Shown here piece after piece: positions 49,722 to 59,418 of a DNA stretch of 64,000 nt. A program made the translations under genes and the position numbers. The DNA lies in the IMG/VR virus record IMGVR_UViG_3300036886_000243, positions 1 through 64,000 of that record. One strand, 5' to 3'. The DNA comes from a virus. Under the pieces are notes generated by a model. That model made no database searches. It was not told the origin of the DNA and was given only the letters and a program-made list of their open reading frames with translations. How positions within the stretch are numbered: the stretch's first letter is position 1; each line of letters starts with the position of its first letter.

Positions 49722-50014
49722 ACAGCCAAGAGCGCATCAATGAGCTCCAGCAGGAGATCGAAAAAGAGCGTTACAAAATCGATCACTGCTGCCACATCTT
49801 CGGCGAGCCTTTCAGCAACCCTGAAAAATTCATGGAAGGCTACGGTTCGAAACTCATGCATCAAGGCTCTGATTGCTGGACAGAGTTCGAGGGCTACAAA
49901 GAGGCCTTCAAGCCACGTTGGACAAGAACCTGCAACAAGTGTGGTCATCAGGAACATACCTATAAACGGAAGCCGGTCATATCTGATTATGTGCCAGACT
50001 TCGGAAAGGAATAA
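49718..50014 (+). CDS. Hypothetical zinc-binding protein
   Basis: CCHIFGEP..RWTRTCNKCG. Confidence 0.55.
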   Translation: MNSQERINELQQEIEKERYKIDHCCHIFGEPFSNPEKFMEGYGSKLMHQGSDCWTEFEGYKEAFKPRWTRTCNKCGHQEHTYKRKPVISDYVPDFGKE

Positions 50015-50153
50015 TTCATGTTCGTAGGAGCCGGAATAGTTCTAGCGTGTTTCGCCGCTTCGGGAGCTTTTCATGTCACCTGGTGGGCGGTGATTATTTG
50101 GATTTTGGGTAGCGCACAGCTCCTCAAGTGGATGCTCTAGAAAGGAGAATCAC

Positions 50154-50447
50154 ATGAAGGTCAACTTGGACATTCGAGACGACAAAGAGCTTCGTGACAT
50201 GGTCAAGGACATGATCCGCGGTCAGGTCAAGAGCGTTATGCGGACCGACATCGACGAGATCATGAAGGAAGTGGTCGGCGACAAGACGGCCAAGCTATCC
50301 GACGTCATGGCTAAAGAGATCACCAAGGTCGTTCGGGACTTCTTCCAGAGCGGCTATACTCGCGGCCCTGGTTATGCCATGATCGAGAAAGAGATCAAGG
50401 AACAGGTCGCTCTCACTCTCAAGAAGGTCATCCAGGAAGCCCGCTAA
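50154..50447 (+). CDS. Hypothetical protein
   Basis: SD aaggag; GC-rich codons. Confidence 0.6.
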   Translation: MKVNLDIRDDKELRDMVKDMIRGQVKSVMRTDIDEIMKEVVGDKTAKLSDVMAKEITKVVRDFFQSGYTRGPGYAMIEKEIKEQVALTLKKVIQEAR

Positions 50448-50713
50448 TGCAGGATCGGTCAAACGACATAGAAGTTAGCGGCGTCAAGATCAAAGACGAA
50501 TGCCTGCTCATGGTGCAAAAAGCCATGAGCGGGTTTCCGTCCATCCGTTTCCTCTACAATCCTATCAAGTATTTTCGAACTCCTTACTATGAGATTGCCT
50601 ATGGCGGCAAGAGCAATGATGTACGAGCATTTGAAGTTGCCATCCAGGACTTCTACTGGAACCCACCTGAGCCACCCAAAAGAACCTTCTTCCAAAAGCT
50701 TTTCAACATTTAA
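50447..50713 (+). CDS. Hypothetical protein
   Basis: TAATG coupling. Confidence 0.5.
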   Translation: MQDRSNDIEVSGVKIKDECLLMVQKAMSGFPSIRFLYNPIKYFRTPYYEIAYGGKSNDVRAFEVAIQDFYWNPPEPPKRTFFQKLFNI

Positions 50714-50725
50714 CAAGATAACTTC

Positions 50726-51055
50726 ATGTTGCTCTATGAAGATTTTGTATATAGAAAACCTGCATCTAGATATTTTGGAAAATGGCGTCTAAGTAGTTCT
50801 GGGCGATGGGGTCATTATGACTTATTCATAAAGGCCATCAAAGAGAATACTAATTCAGTCCACTTTTTAGTTTGGAGTCCAGGAGAACCAGAGTCGACTA
50901 ATCCAAGTTTTAAAAAACCTTATCTGAGCGATGAATTTCACCAATGGACTGCTAATTATGGCGGCGAACTCATACCGCAACCAAGCATTAAAGTTTTAAG
51001 AAACCTTATCAAATCCTTATTCGTCGAACATACTTATAGATTCATAAAGGACTAA
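50726..51055 (+). CDS. Hypothetical protein after CAAGATAA (50714-50721)
   Basis: Leaderless geometry; LRNLIKSLF C-terminal motif. Confidence 0.55.
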   Translation: MLLYEDFVYRKPASRYFGKWRLSSSGRWGHYDLFIKAIKENTNSVHFLVWSPGEPESTNPSFKKPYLSDEFHQWTANYGGELIPQPSIKVLRNLIKSLFVEHTYRFIKD

Positions 51056-51057
51056 TT

Positions 51058-51528
51058 ATGAACGATGAAGTATTCGCAGCCAGACAGTTTGTGCTTGTCA
51101 CGTTGAGGGAACGACATACAGGAACTCCATCTACAACTTTATCCGAACTAGGCGAGAAAGCCAATAAGCGCGGAAAGTCTTTCTCTTACGATACCATCAA
51201 ACAAGCCGCATGCGAGTTAGTAGCTGATCATAAAGCCAAGTTCATTTACCCCGTGTCAGATGCCAAAGTTTCTGAGAGAATTGAGGCCACTCCTATGGAT
51301 CATGTAGAAGAAGGTCAATCAGGAATCGCTTGGATGTCTGAATATTGGTCTGAGCTACAAGAAAAATATGGCGGCATGTGGGTAGCTATCAAAGACTTTG
51401 AAGTAAAATTTGCCGCTAAAAATCCGAAGCAACTCAAAAAACTTCTTGATGCCCATCCCGGACTTTGTCCTCTCTTGCAACAAATTAGTAAACCCAACAC
51501 TGAAAGGAAGTGGTTTGCAGTTTTCTAG
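51058..51528 (+). CDS. wHTH plus DUF5678-like protein
   Basis: ELQEKYGGMWVAI. Confidence 0.5.
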   Translation: MNDEVFAARQFVLVTLRERHTGTPSTTLSELGEKANKRGKSFSYDTIKQAACELVADHKAKFIYPVSDAKVSERIEATPMDHVEEGQSGIAWMSEYWSELQEKYGGMWVAIKDFEVKFAAKNPKQLKKLLDAHPGLCPLLQQISKPNTERKWFAVF

Positions 51529-51556
51529 CTCAAGATAAATTCTGGGAGGGATTCAT

Positions 51557-52081
51557 ATGATCCCAGATATGCATCGTGAAACACTAATGGCCATCCGGCA
51601 ATTAGTGCAACAGCACATTATAGATGGAAATTCAATTTTAGTGGTACGACCTATAGATACTTATCAATACAACCAATGGCTTAACAGCGTTCTTTTTGAT
51701 CTTAACTCTTGGTTGAAAGATGTCCCTTGGGGTCTCAAAGTTTTCAATTACTACACAGCCCACGTACCACCCAATCCCTCTACGAATCCAAACCTAATGA
51801 CGCCGACGCCTCCGCCAAGATGGTCGTTTATTCACTTTGATCGTTTTGAAGAAGGTGATGCAGAATGGCCAGATGTTTATGATAATGACGGACAGTATTT
51901 TAACTTCCCATGCCGATTCTTTCCTCGTCCAGTTCCGCCTCCACCAACTCCACCTTTAGAGCCGCTGACTACAGAAGAGAGTGCAGTCCAATTATTAAAG
52001 ACACAGATTGTAGCCTTACAAGCAATTTACGCTCGACTCAACGCAGAGACAATACCTACTGGGTCTATTGTATTCCCATAA
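51557..52081 (+). CDS. Pro-rich hypothetical protein after CAAGATAA (51531-51538)
   Basis: SD ggaggg. Confidence 0.55.
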   Translation: MIPDMHRETLMAIRQLVQQHIIDGNSILVVRPIDTYQYNQWLNSVLFDLNSWLKDVPWGLKVFNYYTAHVPPNPSTNPNLMTPTPPPRWSFIHFDRFEEGDAEWPDVYDNDGQYFNFPCRFFPRPVPPPPTPPLEPLTTEESAVQLLKTQIVALQAIYARLNAETIPTGSIVFP

Positions 52082-52341
52082 TGAAAGCTGGCGATATTAC
52101 TTACAGAAAAGATAAAGAAGTACCTGGTGAATTTTGGCACATAGCCACTGACAGCTTTAACATTCTACGTTTTACATCTTTAGAACCAAACAGATTCTTA
52201 TATTCTATGCCAAGCGGATCTTATCCATCAGCTCGTTTTATTGCTGGTCGCTTTGTCAAAAATCCAGATCTACACAGAAAGAGAATAATAAAAGCTATCT
52301 TCAAAGCAAAAGTGTTTCAAGAGCATTCAGCTATGAGGTAA
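52081..52341 (+). CDS. Hypothetical protein (RKRIIKAIF C-terminal motif)
   Basis: TAATG coupling, MKAGDI. Confidence 0.5.
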   Translation: MKAGDITYRKDKEVPGEFWHIATDSFNILRFTSLEPNRFLYSMPSGSYPSARFIAGRFVKNPDLHRKRIIKAIFKAKVFQEHSAMR

Positions 52342-52359
52342 ACAGCATATTTCTATTGT

Positions 52360-52710
52360 ATGATCAAGTCACTAAAAAACGCTTGGTTTGGCTTAAGGTA
52401 TACTTGGGCTACTCAAAGAAACCTCCGTGTCCAACTCATTATACTTTTCTTAGTAATAATTGCAGGATTTATATTTAGCATCACACCTATCGAGTGGATT
52501 TTTGTAATGTCAGCTGGTTTTATGGTGATTGGTGCCGAAGTAGCAAACACTAGCGTGGAAAGACTAGTCGACCTTATAGAACCCAAAAGAAATATCAATT
52601 GTAAGCTTGTCAAAGACATTACTGCAGGACTCGTAATGATCGTTTGCGTTTACGCAGCAATAGTAGGAGGCATAGTCTTTATTCCAAAGCTGGTTGCTTT
52701 ATTACTATGA
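52360..52710 (+). CDS. dgkA: Diacylglycerol/undecaprenol kinase family protein
   Basis: SLKNAWFGL..QRNLRVQ..IEW..AEVANTSVERLVD..KLVKDITAG. Confidence 0.85.
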   Translation: MIKSLKNAWFGLRYTWATQRNLRVQLIILFLVIIAGFIFSITPIEWIFVMSAGFMVIGAEVANTSVERLVDLIEPKRNINCKLVKDITAGLVMIVCVYAAIVGGIVFIPKLVALLL

Positions 52711-52744
52711 GCATAGTTATTATTCACATTGAAAAGGTTGTCTC

Positions 52745-53242
52745 ATGGCAAGAAAAGAAACATTCCGAGAGGAGTGTAATCTTCTAATAGAAGAAGTTCG
52801 TTTGTTAACGAATCTTTACAAAAATAAATATCTAAAAGACTGGAGTAAAAAATTAGCTGGTAAAGTTCTCTCTGATAGATTATGGAGATTCAAATCATCA
52901 GCCTATTGCGGTCTTATATCATTGAGCGCTTCGAAGTGGCCCGCTAAGGATAGGGTATTGGATCATGCTCTTGGGCGACTCAATAGCAGTCTTCAAATTG
53001 TGAAGATGATTGAAGCCAATGACGACACAAGAAATATCATAGCTTTTATGCGTAGAGCCGTTTCTACTATTCGTGTAACAAAAGACGAAAATATGTTATT
53101 GAAGAAGTCTCAGAGGCATGGGCTCATGACTCTCAAAAATTATGAATCTGTTTGTGGTAAATTGTATTGGTTAGAAAAGAGCGCTCGTAAACATAAAATT
53201 CGTTTAGCCACAGCAAGAGAAAAAAGAAAATTATTTGGTTAA
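52745..53242 (+). CDS. Hypothetical basic protein (possible degenerate HNH-like nuclease)
   Basis: LDH..VTKDEN. Confidence 0.45.
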   Translation: MARKETFREECNLLIEEVRLLTNLYKNKYLKDWSKKLAGKVLSDRLWRFKSSAYCGLISLSASKWPAKDRVLDHALGRLNSSLQIVKMIEANDDTRNIIAFMRRAVSTIRVTKDENMLLKKSQRHGLMTLKNYESVCGKLYWLEKSARKHKIRLATAREKRKLFG

Positions 53243-53262
53243 GCATAGTTCAAGATAATATC

Positions 53263-53655
53263 ATGAAAGTATTTGTTTTAGAAGATGACGAGAATAGACT
53301 ATCAGTGTTCCACAGAGAAATTCCAAGAATTTTTCCAAATTGTGAATATTATTTTTCAATAAGCGCTTCAGGCGCTAAGGCTATTTTGGCTCAACATAAA
53401 GTGTTTGACTTGATTTGTCTTGATCACGACTTAGGCGGTCAAATCTTCGTAAATTCTTCAATGGAGAATACAGGATATCAGGTAGCTAAGTTCATACGGC
53501 AAAACGGCATAAAAAGCCGATTTCTTATTTGCCATAGTTTAAATCCTGTAGGAACAGAGAATATTGTAAACGTTTTCCCAGGATGCTTCCGTGTACCATT
53601 TCCAACTTTAATGTCTTACTTACGCTTGTTAGCACAGGAGCTTAAAAATGAATAA
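53263..53655 (+). CDS. Cyclic-phosphate-processing receiver domain protein
   Basis: FVLEDDENR..CLDHDLGG..NTGYQVAKFI..HSLNPVG; CAAGATAA at 53251-53258. Confidence 0.8.
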   Translation: MKVFVLEDDENRLSVFHREIPRIFPNCEYYFSISASGAKAILAQHKVFDLICLDHDLGGQIFVNSSMENTGYQVAKFIRQNGIKSRFLICHSLNPVGTENIVNVFPGCFRVPFPTLMSYLRLLAQELKNE

Positions 53656-53899
53656 AAGCATAGAATACTATATGACTCTCAACTACGAAGTCAAGACTGA
53701 AAAGATACCAACCGAAGAAGGTGGCGGATGGACTGCTTGGATTCCTTTGTTAGGTGAATATTTTTGCGTAGGTGATGGCGATACCGAGGAAGAGGCAATA
53801 AAGGATTTAATGAAGTGGAGGGCTGAGTGCTTCAAGATTCTCATTCAACAGGGAATACATATTCCTGAACCAGGGGGCAAAAATCTTGAAGATAATTAG
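53648..53899 (+). CDS. HicB-like antitoxin (orphan)
   Basis: EEGGGWTAWIPLL..CVGDGDTEEEAI..IPEP. Confidence 0.8.
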   Translation: MNKSIEYYMTLNYEVKTEKIPTEEGGGWTAWIPLLGEYFCVGDGDTEEEAIKDLMKWRAECFKILIQQGIHIPEPGGKNLEDN

Positions 53900-54602
53900 C
53901 GCGCATGACACTAAGATCGCTCAATTAGATTGCTCGTGTTGCAGCGACAATGAACATATAATAATTACTAAAACTAAAAACTGGGACCCCATCTGGGATC
54001 CGGAAGATTATTGTTTTACATTCGAATTTATAGACAAAGATGAATACAAATCTCTTTGGCAAAGAATTAAAAGGGCTGTCTGGTATTTAAAAACTAAAGA
54101 AGGTAATCAACAGAACAGTGTCATGGTAGAGATCAGGGAGTTGAAGGAATTCTATAAATTACTCTATGAAGAGTCAAAAACATTCTTGGACCCTTCTCAA
54201 TATCTTTTGATAAACGAACCAGTACCACCAAAAATTCGCAAAGAGTATGGAAACTGGAAGCCAAACGATATGCCGCCGAAAATGTATGATGCTTACCTTT
54301 TTGAAACTGTAGATTTTGCTTTTGGTTTTTTTGGCGACGAAAGAGAAGGCTTATCGGCTGATCAAATGGACATTGATACTTTCATTTTTGATTTCAAGAA
54401 AGAAAAGTATTCATGGGAACGCCAACAAATTTGGGGTTGGTTACGTTGGGGTTATAAGAGCGGCATTGAACACCATGAAATTTGCATCAATAAGTATCAA
54501 CTGATCAACTTATTAGCTGCAATGAGTTGGTGCATTAAAAGTCACAGAGAAGATGCTAAGGATAAATACGGTCCAAAATATATCCAGCTGGAGATACTAT
54601 GA
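53886..54602 (+). CDS. Hypothetical protein with internal duplication
   Basis: CSCCSDNEH; LWQRIKRAVWYL and WERQQIWGWL halves. Confidence 0.5.
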   Translation: MKIISAHDTKIAQLDCSCCSDNEHIIITKTKNWDPIWDPEDYCFTFEFIDKDEYKSLWQRIKRAVWYLKTKEGNQQNSVMVEIRELKEFYKLLYEESKTFLDPSQYLLINEPVPPKIRKEYGNWKPNDMPPKMYDAYLFETVDFAFGFFGDEREGLSADQMDIDTFIFDFKKEKYSWERQQIWGWLRWGYKSGIEHHEICINKYQLINLLAAMSWCIKSHREDAKDKYGPKYIQLEIL

Positions 54603-54883
54603 CGTTTGTAGAAAAATGTGTCAACGGATTGGTTAAGCTCGAGGAAGTTGACGACTATGTTGAAGAGTGGCATAGAAATTCTGAGCATCACCACGAGTCT
54701 TTAAGAGAGTTCTTAGGAATGACCCAGAAAGAATTTGGTCGTTGGCTCAGAGAAGCAGAAGCTTTGCGTGAAATAATAAAAGAACATAAAATTCGAGAGG
54801 AGCCGTACTTAACGACGGAGCGAGGAAGAACAAGAGTAGACGGAATAACTCCCCTCGATAAAATTGGGGACAACCCCGACTAA
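54599..54883 (+). CDS. Hypothetical protein
   Basis: DDYVEEWH..SLREFLGMTQKEFGRW. Confidence 0.55.
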   Translation: MTFVEKCVNGLVKLEEVDDYVEEWHRNSEHHHESLREFLGMTQKEFGRWLREAEALREIIKEHKIREEPYLTTERGRTRVDGITPLDKIGDNPD

Positions 54884-54929
54884 ACGGAACTCATATAAAT
54901 GATAATCTACAGGAGGAAATATAGAAATT

Positions 54930-56734
54930 ATGGCACGAGTAATTGGAATTGATCTTGGAACCTCAAACTCAGCAGCAGCTGTTATGGAGGGTGATCGCCC
55001 GGTAATAATCCCCTCAGCCGAAGGAGCCGGAGTTTCTTCAGGTAAGGCATTTCCATCATTTGTGGCCTTCACCAAAGAAGGAGATCGTTTAGTTGGTGAG
55101 CCCGCTAAAAGGCAGGCCGCCATTAACCCAGATGGTACTATTTACGCTGCAAAGCGAAAGATGGGAAGTGATCATAAGTTTAAAGTTTTTGGTAAAGATT
55201 ATAGCCCTCAGCAAATCTCGGCGAAAGTGTTGAGGAAGTAGTCATTACATGCCCAGCTTACTTTGACGACAATCAACGTACAGCTACTAAAGACGCAGGC
55301 GAAATAGCCGGCCTGAAAGTTCTCCGTATTATTAATGAGCCCACTGCAGCGTGCCTTGCTTACGGTCTAGAAAAAGCAGGCAAAGAGCTTAAGATCCTCG
55401 TCTTTGATTTTGGTGGTGGAACTCTTGACGTCACCATTATGGAGATGTGGAAAGAAGGCGGCTTCAAGGTCATTTCCACTAGCGGCGACACCCAACTAGG
55501 TGGTACCGATATGGACAACGTTTTTGTAGATTACGTTGAAAAAGAATTCATGCGACAGACTGGTATCGATCTCAAAAAAGATACCATGGCTACACAACGA
55601 GTAAGAGAAGCAGTAGAGAAAGCCAAGGTAGAACTTTCTAGTACTCTCACTACCGACATTAGTCTACCTTTCATTACAGCCGACAATACTGGCCCTAAGC
55701 ACCTTACAATGAACATAAACAGAGCAAAGCTTGATGAACTCATTGAGCCCATTGTGCAACGCTGTAGGGCACCGCTAATGACTGCTTTACGTGATGCAAG
55801 GGCCGCCTTCCAAAAAGATGGTGCTCAATTCAGCGAAAATGGTGCCGAGATTGACAAAATTATCATGGTAGGTGGTCCCACTCGTATGCCAATCGTTCAG
55901 AAGTTTGTCGAGGACTTCTTCGGCAAGAAAATTGAACGCGGCGTAGACCCAATGGAATGTGTAGCACTAGGCGCAGCTGTTCAGGCTGCCATTATCAAAG
56001 GCGACGTCAAGGATATTCTACTTCTCGATGTTACCCCACTTTCACTTGGTATTGAAACACTGGGCGCCGTAAACACTAAGCTCATTGATCGCAATACTAC
56101 AATTCCCACACGAAAGAGCCAGATATTTTCTACTGCAGCTGAAAATCAAACAGAAGTTACTGTTCGAGTGCTTCAAGGCGAGCGTCAAATGGCTAACGAC
56201 AACGTAGAGCTTGGTCGATTCAATCTGGTAGGTATCCCAGCAGCTCCGCGAGGCGTCCCTCAAATTGAAGTAGCCTTTGACATAGATGCTAACGGTATTG
56301 TAAGCGTTACAGCTAAAGATCTTGGTACCAACAAGCAACAGTCTATCAAGATCACTGCACCAAAAAAGCTCTCCAAGGAAGAAATTGAGAAGATGGTTCG
56401 GCAAGCTGAACAATTTGCCTCAGATGATGCTAAGCGCAAAGAAGAAGTAGAGTCTACTAATCAAGCTGATGCCCTTGCCTACTCAGTAGAAAAATCACTT
56501 AAAGATTTCGGCGACAAAATAAGTCAGACTGAACGAGCCGACATTGAATCTAAGCTTAATGACTTAAAGACGGCTATCAAAGACAAGAATCTTGATAGGA
56601 TCAAAAAGGCCTCAGAAGATTTGACTACAGCAGCGCATAAATTAGCTGAAGTAGTTTATCAGCAAAAACCTGGACAGCAACCAAAAAATAAGAAAGAGGG
56701 TGACGACGTTATAGACGCCGAGTTCCATGAATGA
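54930..56734 (+). pseudogene. dnaK: Hsp70/DnaK interrupted by a short deletion/frameshift at ~55217-55222 (may be an assembly artefact)
   Basis: GIDLGTSNS; the second frame resumes [37 protein letters not shown] and is in frame with ORF 55439; ends DVIDAEF. Confidence 0.9.
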
Positions 56735-57177
56735 AATTGATGATAGTGGGTGAAAGTCCTAGTAAAACGCGGCCAGATGGAATGCAAGAGGTAGCGTTCT
56801 CTGGCCGCACTTCCCATATTCTTTGGGATGAACTTGCAAAGTATGGTATCACTCGTGAGAACTGCTATGTCACAAATATCATCACAGATCATATTGAGTG
56901 GAAAAATATAACTGATGAAATTGCCAAATGCAATCATGACCGACTTGAAAAAGAAATACAAGAACAGAAACCACACGTTATCTTAGCAGTTGGGGCTAAA
57001 GCACGCGAGTGGTTTGGTAGAGGAAAATCATATGATGGTTTCCTACTCCATAGCAAGCTTTACAATTGTTGGATAACAGCTTGCGTCCATCCAGCGGCCG
57101 TAGCCAGGAACCCACAACTGAAAAATGAATTCATAGATTGTATCTACGTTTTATCGGAGGTTCTAAACTTAGTATGA
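56731..57177 (+). CDS. Uracil-DNA glycosylase family 4-like protein
   Basis: MIVGESP..AFSGRTS..YVTNI..ILAVG..HPAAVAR. Confidence 0.8.
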   Translation: MKLMIVGESPSKTRPDGMQEVAFSGRTSHILWDELAKYGITRENCYVTNIITDHIEWKNITDEIAKCNHDRLEKEIQEQKPHVILAVGAKAREWFGRGKSYDGFLLHSKLYNCWITACVHPAAVARNPQLKNEFIDCIYVLSEVLNLV

Positions 57178-57204
57178 CAAGATAATTAGTGAAGGTATCT
57201 AACT

Positions 57205-57468
57205 ATGAACTTACAAGAATTCATGCTTGAATTAGCAGGCAGCAAAGGTGATACTATAAAACTTGATGAATTATTAACATCAAAGGTAGAAGGCATCCAA
57301 GTAGTTGAAGATATGGATGATGGAATTAGGCTCTTAGTTGAAGAGCCAAAAAACATAACAACTATAAAAGAAAGAATAGTAGAAGTCTTAGATAAAGCTG
57401 GTTATGATGAATACAAAATTACTATAGAAAAGGATGGGCCAGTTAGGCATATTTTTATAGAAGTATAG
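57205..57468 (+). CDS. Hypothetical protein after CAAGATAA (57178-57185)
   Basis: MNLQEFMLE N-terminus. Confidence 0.55.
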   Translation: MNLQEFMLELAGSKGDTIKLDELLTSKVEGIQVVEDMDDGIRLLVEEPKNITTIKERIVEVLDKAGYDEYKITIEKDGPVRHIFIEV

Positions 57469-57482
57469 AGGTCCAAAATAAT

Positions 57483-58449
57483 ATGAAGTTGAGTAAGCTA
57501 TTAAGTAATGTCTTAGACGGACAAAAATTAGTCGACAATCTACCCGATAAAAATGAAGAAGCAAAACCTCCAGTACAAGAAGAGGAGATAATAACAAAGA
57601 AATCCAAGACAATAGAAACACCATCTGAACTTGAGCCTAAAGTAAAAGCTAAATCAACTAAAGTGAAGAAAACACCTGCTCCTGTTGCTGCACCAGTACC
57701 AGAACTTCCTACGCCAATTACGCCTGAAGCTAAACAGAAACATGATGAAGAAATTGCTGCAAAGATTAAAGCTCAGATTAAGAAGTCAACTAAGCCGGTA
57801 GAGCCGCCTGCCAGAACTATGAGCGTACCCGATTTTGCAAAGATAAGAGAGTTGACAAAGCAAGCTAAAAAGCCCGCTCCTCCTGTACAAGAAACTGCTG
57901 TTGAAAAAACACCAATTAAAACAGACACTCCAAAAACTTAATATAGCTTTATATGACAAACAAGAGGAAAGGGTTCTTGAAAATGGCATATTTGAATTAA
58001 CTGAGTTCATTGAAGACAATATAACCGAAGAAGAGCTAATAAAACAGTTTGAGTTAATAAGATTCAAAAATCTCATCCAAGATTTTGAAACCAAAGATCC
58101 GAAAGAATTTTATCGCCAACACAAAAGAACATTAGAGACAGACAAAGCCAAACAGATTGTTTTTTGTAAAGAGTTTGTGATTAATGATTTCACAGCCTTT
58201 AAAAAAAGCTTAGTAGAGGTGTATCCTGATGCTTTTTATGATGAGAGTCTAAGACACTTAATTTTAGAAGAACAGGATAACAGATGCCGCTTATGTCACA
58301 AGGATATTTCTTGGAGTGAGCCGCATTTACACCACGTGAATTACAACAAGCAAGACTGTGAAAGAAAGAATCTAGTTTTCTTATGCCCGCGGTGTCATAG
58401 TAAAACGAACCGTAACAGAGAATACTGGATGAGTGTGTTAATATCTTAA
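57483..58449 (+). CDS. MKLS leader, P/K/E-rich linker and C-terminal HNH nuclease; probably one gene with a +1 shift in an A-run (~57904-57936)
   Basis: ORF 57901 has no ATG or SD; removing one A joins TDTPK to LNIALYDK; CRLC..HLHHVNYNKQDCERKNLVFLCPRCH. Confidence 0.6.
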
Positions 58450-58464
58450 AATGTTGGAGTCAAT

Positions 58465-59418
58465 ATGTCTCTCGTTTGTATTTTGGATAAGACAACTAAA
58501 AATGAAAAGAGTGTTGAGTTAATAAAATCTAACGATATAGTCATTTTCATTTGTGATATTTGTTTTCGCAAATCCCAACGACAATATAGAAAAACTAAAT
58601 ATGGCTTGAAGCCTACTTGTCAAGAGTGTCTGACTAAACAAAAGTGGTTAAACAACTACAGTGTAGATAATCCATTCAAATATGGACCCATAATAGAGCG
58701 AGTTAAAAAAGCCGATAGATCTGAAAAAGTCCAACAAAAGAAGAGACTAACCTGTTTAAAGAAATATGGTGTAGACAATGTAAATAAGCTCAGCTCGACA
58801 AGAAGCAAAATAGATCGAACTAATTTAAAGAAATACGGCTCGAAGTTTCCTACACAGACGGATGCAATAAAAAATAGAACAAAACAAACTTGCTTAAAAA
58901 AGTATGGTGTTGAAAGCCATAACCAAGTTGAGTCAGTAAAAGTCACCAAACAAAAGGTTTGTTTAGAAAAATATGGCGTAGATAACGTAAGTCAAATTAG
59001 TGCAGTAAAAAATAAGAAATACCTAACTCATAAAAAGAATAATAGTTTCAATATATCTAAACCAGAAAGAGTCGCTGAATCAGCTTTGAGAGCTATATGT
59101 TCAGATTTGATTTGCCAACACAAGGAAGATAGATATCCATTTTCTTGTGATTTTTATTCTCCGACCAAAGATTTATTTATAGAATGTAATTTTCATTGGG
59201 CACACGGTAAAAAACCATTTGATTCCAACGATATGATCGACCTAGCAAAGTTAGGATATTGGCAAGAAAAATCTAAGAATTCTAAGTTCTATAAGCACGC
59301 TATAAAAACTTGGACAGTAAGTGATCTAGAAAAAAGAAATATCGCTGCTAAGAATAATCTCAACTATTTGGTATTTTGGTCTTTGAAAGATTTATTAAAG
59401 TACTGCGAGGTAAAATGA
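58465..59418 (+). CDS. Putative homing endonuclease with KKYGVDN repeats and a C-terminal PD-(D/E)XK/Vsr-like domain
   Basis: TCLKKYGVDN-like repeats; SKPE..YPFSCDFY..LFIECNFHWAHG..DLEKR. Confidence 0.75.
   Translation: MSLVCILDKTTKNEKSVELIKSNDIVIFICDICFRKSQRQYRKTKYGLKPTCQECLTKQKWLNNYSVDNPFKYGPIIERVKKADRSEKVQQKKRLTCLKKYGVDNVNKLSSTRSKIDRTNLKKYGSKFPTQTDAIKNRTKQTCLKKYGVESHNQVESVKVTKQKVCLEKYGVDNVSQISAVKNKKYLTHKKNNSFNISKPERVAESALRAICSDLICQHKEDRYPFSCDFYSPTKDLFIECNFHWAHGKKPFDSNDMIDLAKLGYWQEKSKNSKFYKHAIKTWTVSDLEKRNIAAKNNLNYLVFWSLKDLLKYCEVK

Noticed and set aside
23220-53250. Third promoter-like motif GCATA(T/G) near 23220, 24620, 52346, 52711 and 53243
   Set aside because: Too short and variably spaced to distinguish from chance without statistics.
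39812-53899. MazF and HicB as a toxin-antitoxin pair
   Set aside because: They belong to non-cognate families and are about 14 kb apart.
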